NCBI GenBank assembly: GCA_965205025.1
Contig: CBDBFU010000014.1
Span: 96,001-160,000, forward strand
Origin: Candidatus Poribacteria bacterium
GTDB lineage: Bacteria; Poribacteria; WGA-4E; WGA-3G
DNA length: 64,000 bases
Reading direction: 5' to 3'
The position numbers and the translations under genes are program-made. Of the stretch, positions 63,271-64,000 are shown in pieces (the stretch's first letter is position 1; each line of letters opens with the position of its first letter). The notes beneath the pieces are model-generated. The model saw only the letters and a list, made by a program, of their open reading frames with translations, was not told the DNA's origin and made no database searches.

Positions 63271-64000
63271 ATGTCAAAAAAACCTCCGAATATTCTCTGG
63301 ATATGTACCGACCAACAACGATATGATACATTAGGTTGTTACAGTAATCCATTTGTCCAAACACCCAATATAGATAAACTCGCACAAGAGGGTATAGTTT
63401 TCAATTATGCCTACTCTCAAAGTCCTGTTTGCACACCGAGTAGAGCAAGTTTCCTCACAGGTCGATACCCACGTACTACACGATGTAGACAGAATGGACA
63501 AGCAATACCACCAGATGAAGTTCTGGTAACAAAACTATTACAAGATGCTGGATATGTCTGTGGTTTAGCAGGTAAACTTCACCTTGCTCCATGTAATCCT
63601 CAAGTTTGTAAGGGAACAGAACAACGTATTGATGATGGCTATGATCAATTCTTCTGGTCACACGATCCTGCAGATGCATGGTCCACACACGATTATATTC
63701 AGTGGCTATCAGATAAAGGATTACGTAGAAATAGCACACCGTTCCCAGATTCAAAATATGTTCGTGTGATTCCATCAGAGGAACACAGTCAAACGACATG
63801 GAGTGTTGAATGTGCAATGTCCTTCATCGGAACTGCCTCAAGATTTAAGCAACCATGGCTTTTCTCTGTAAATATGTTTGATCCTCACCATGCATTCGAT
63901 CCACCAATAGCAGCACTGGAGCGTTATCGTGGAATTCTAAACGATATACCATTACCAAACTATGTTGACGGAGAACTAAACAACAAACCAATTTGGCAAC
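63271..64000 (+). CDS. Sulfatase, partial (runs off the window end)
   Basis: Translated by hand: MSKKPPNILWICTDQQRYD...SPVCTPSRASFLTGRYP...AGKLH...DPHH. Confidence 0.9.
   Translation, partial: MSKKPPNILWICTDQQRYDTLGCYSNPFVQTPNIDKLAQEGIVFNYAYSQSPVCTPSRASFLTGRYPRTTRCRQNGQAIPPDEVLVTKLLQDAGYVCGLAGKLHLAPCNPQVCKGTEQRIDDGYDQFFWSHDPADAWSTHDYIQWLSDKGLRRNSTPFPDSKYVRVIPSEEHSQTTWSVECAMSFIGTASRFKQPWLFSVNMFDPHHAFDPPIAALERYRGILNDIPLPNYVDGELNNKPIWQ

Overview
AT-rich bacterial chromosomal window. Gene content suggests Candidatus Poribacteria (inference): sulfatases, PhyH dioxygenases, Gfo/Idh/MocA oxidoreductases, TolB-like propellers ending in a (T)xWGxLK motif, HEAT/TPR proteins and ECF sigma fusions. Housekeeping and metabolic genes (nadC, fused glyQS, dtd, dgoD-like, yiaK-like, PlsC-like, PMI-like) alternate with two accessory blocks (about 0.3-12 kb and 19-31.5 kb). 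These blocks hold a four-copy family of membrane-anchored unknown proteins (X), variable secreted proteins (Y) paired with TolB-like propellers (Z), a HigBA-like TA pair, two DUF2280-like paralogs, one intact DDE IS, and IS982 and IS3 remnants. Three observations stand out. (1) Two adjacent ECF sigma fusion genes share a putative autoregulatory promoter and both carry an in-frame AAGGAG-N8-ATG right after the sigma domain; one cargo is an S9 peptidase lacking its catalytic Ser. (2) The X/Y/Z genes look like a polymorphic cassette system with twin divergent promoters. (3) About 120-bp MITEs with the ends of several IS families wrap GTAG/REP-like hairpins; some have target-site duplications and some are nested three deep. 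Many small frameshifts between 3.9 and 21.3 kb may be sequencing errors. No rRNA, tRNA or CRISPR array was seen. All family calls are by eye, without database searches.
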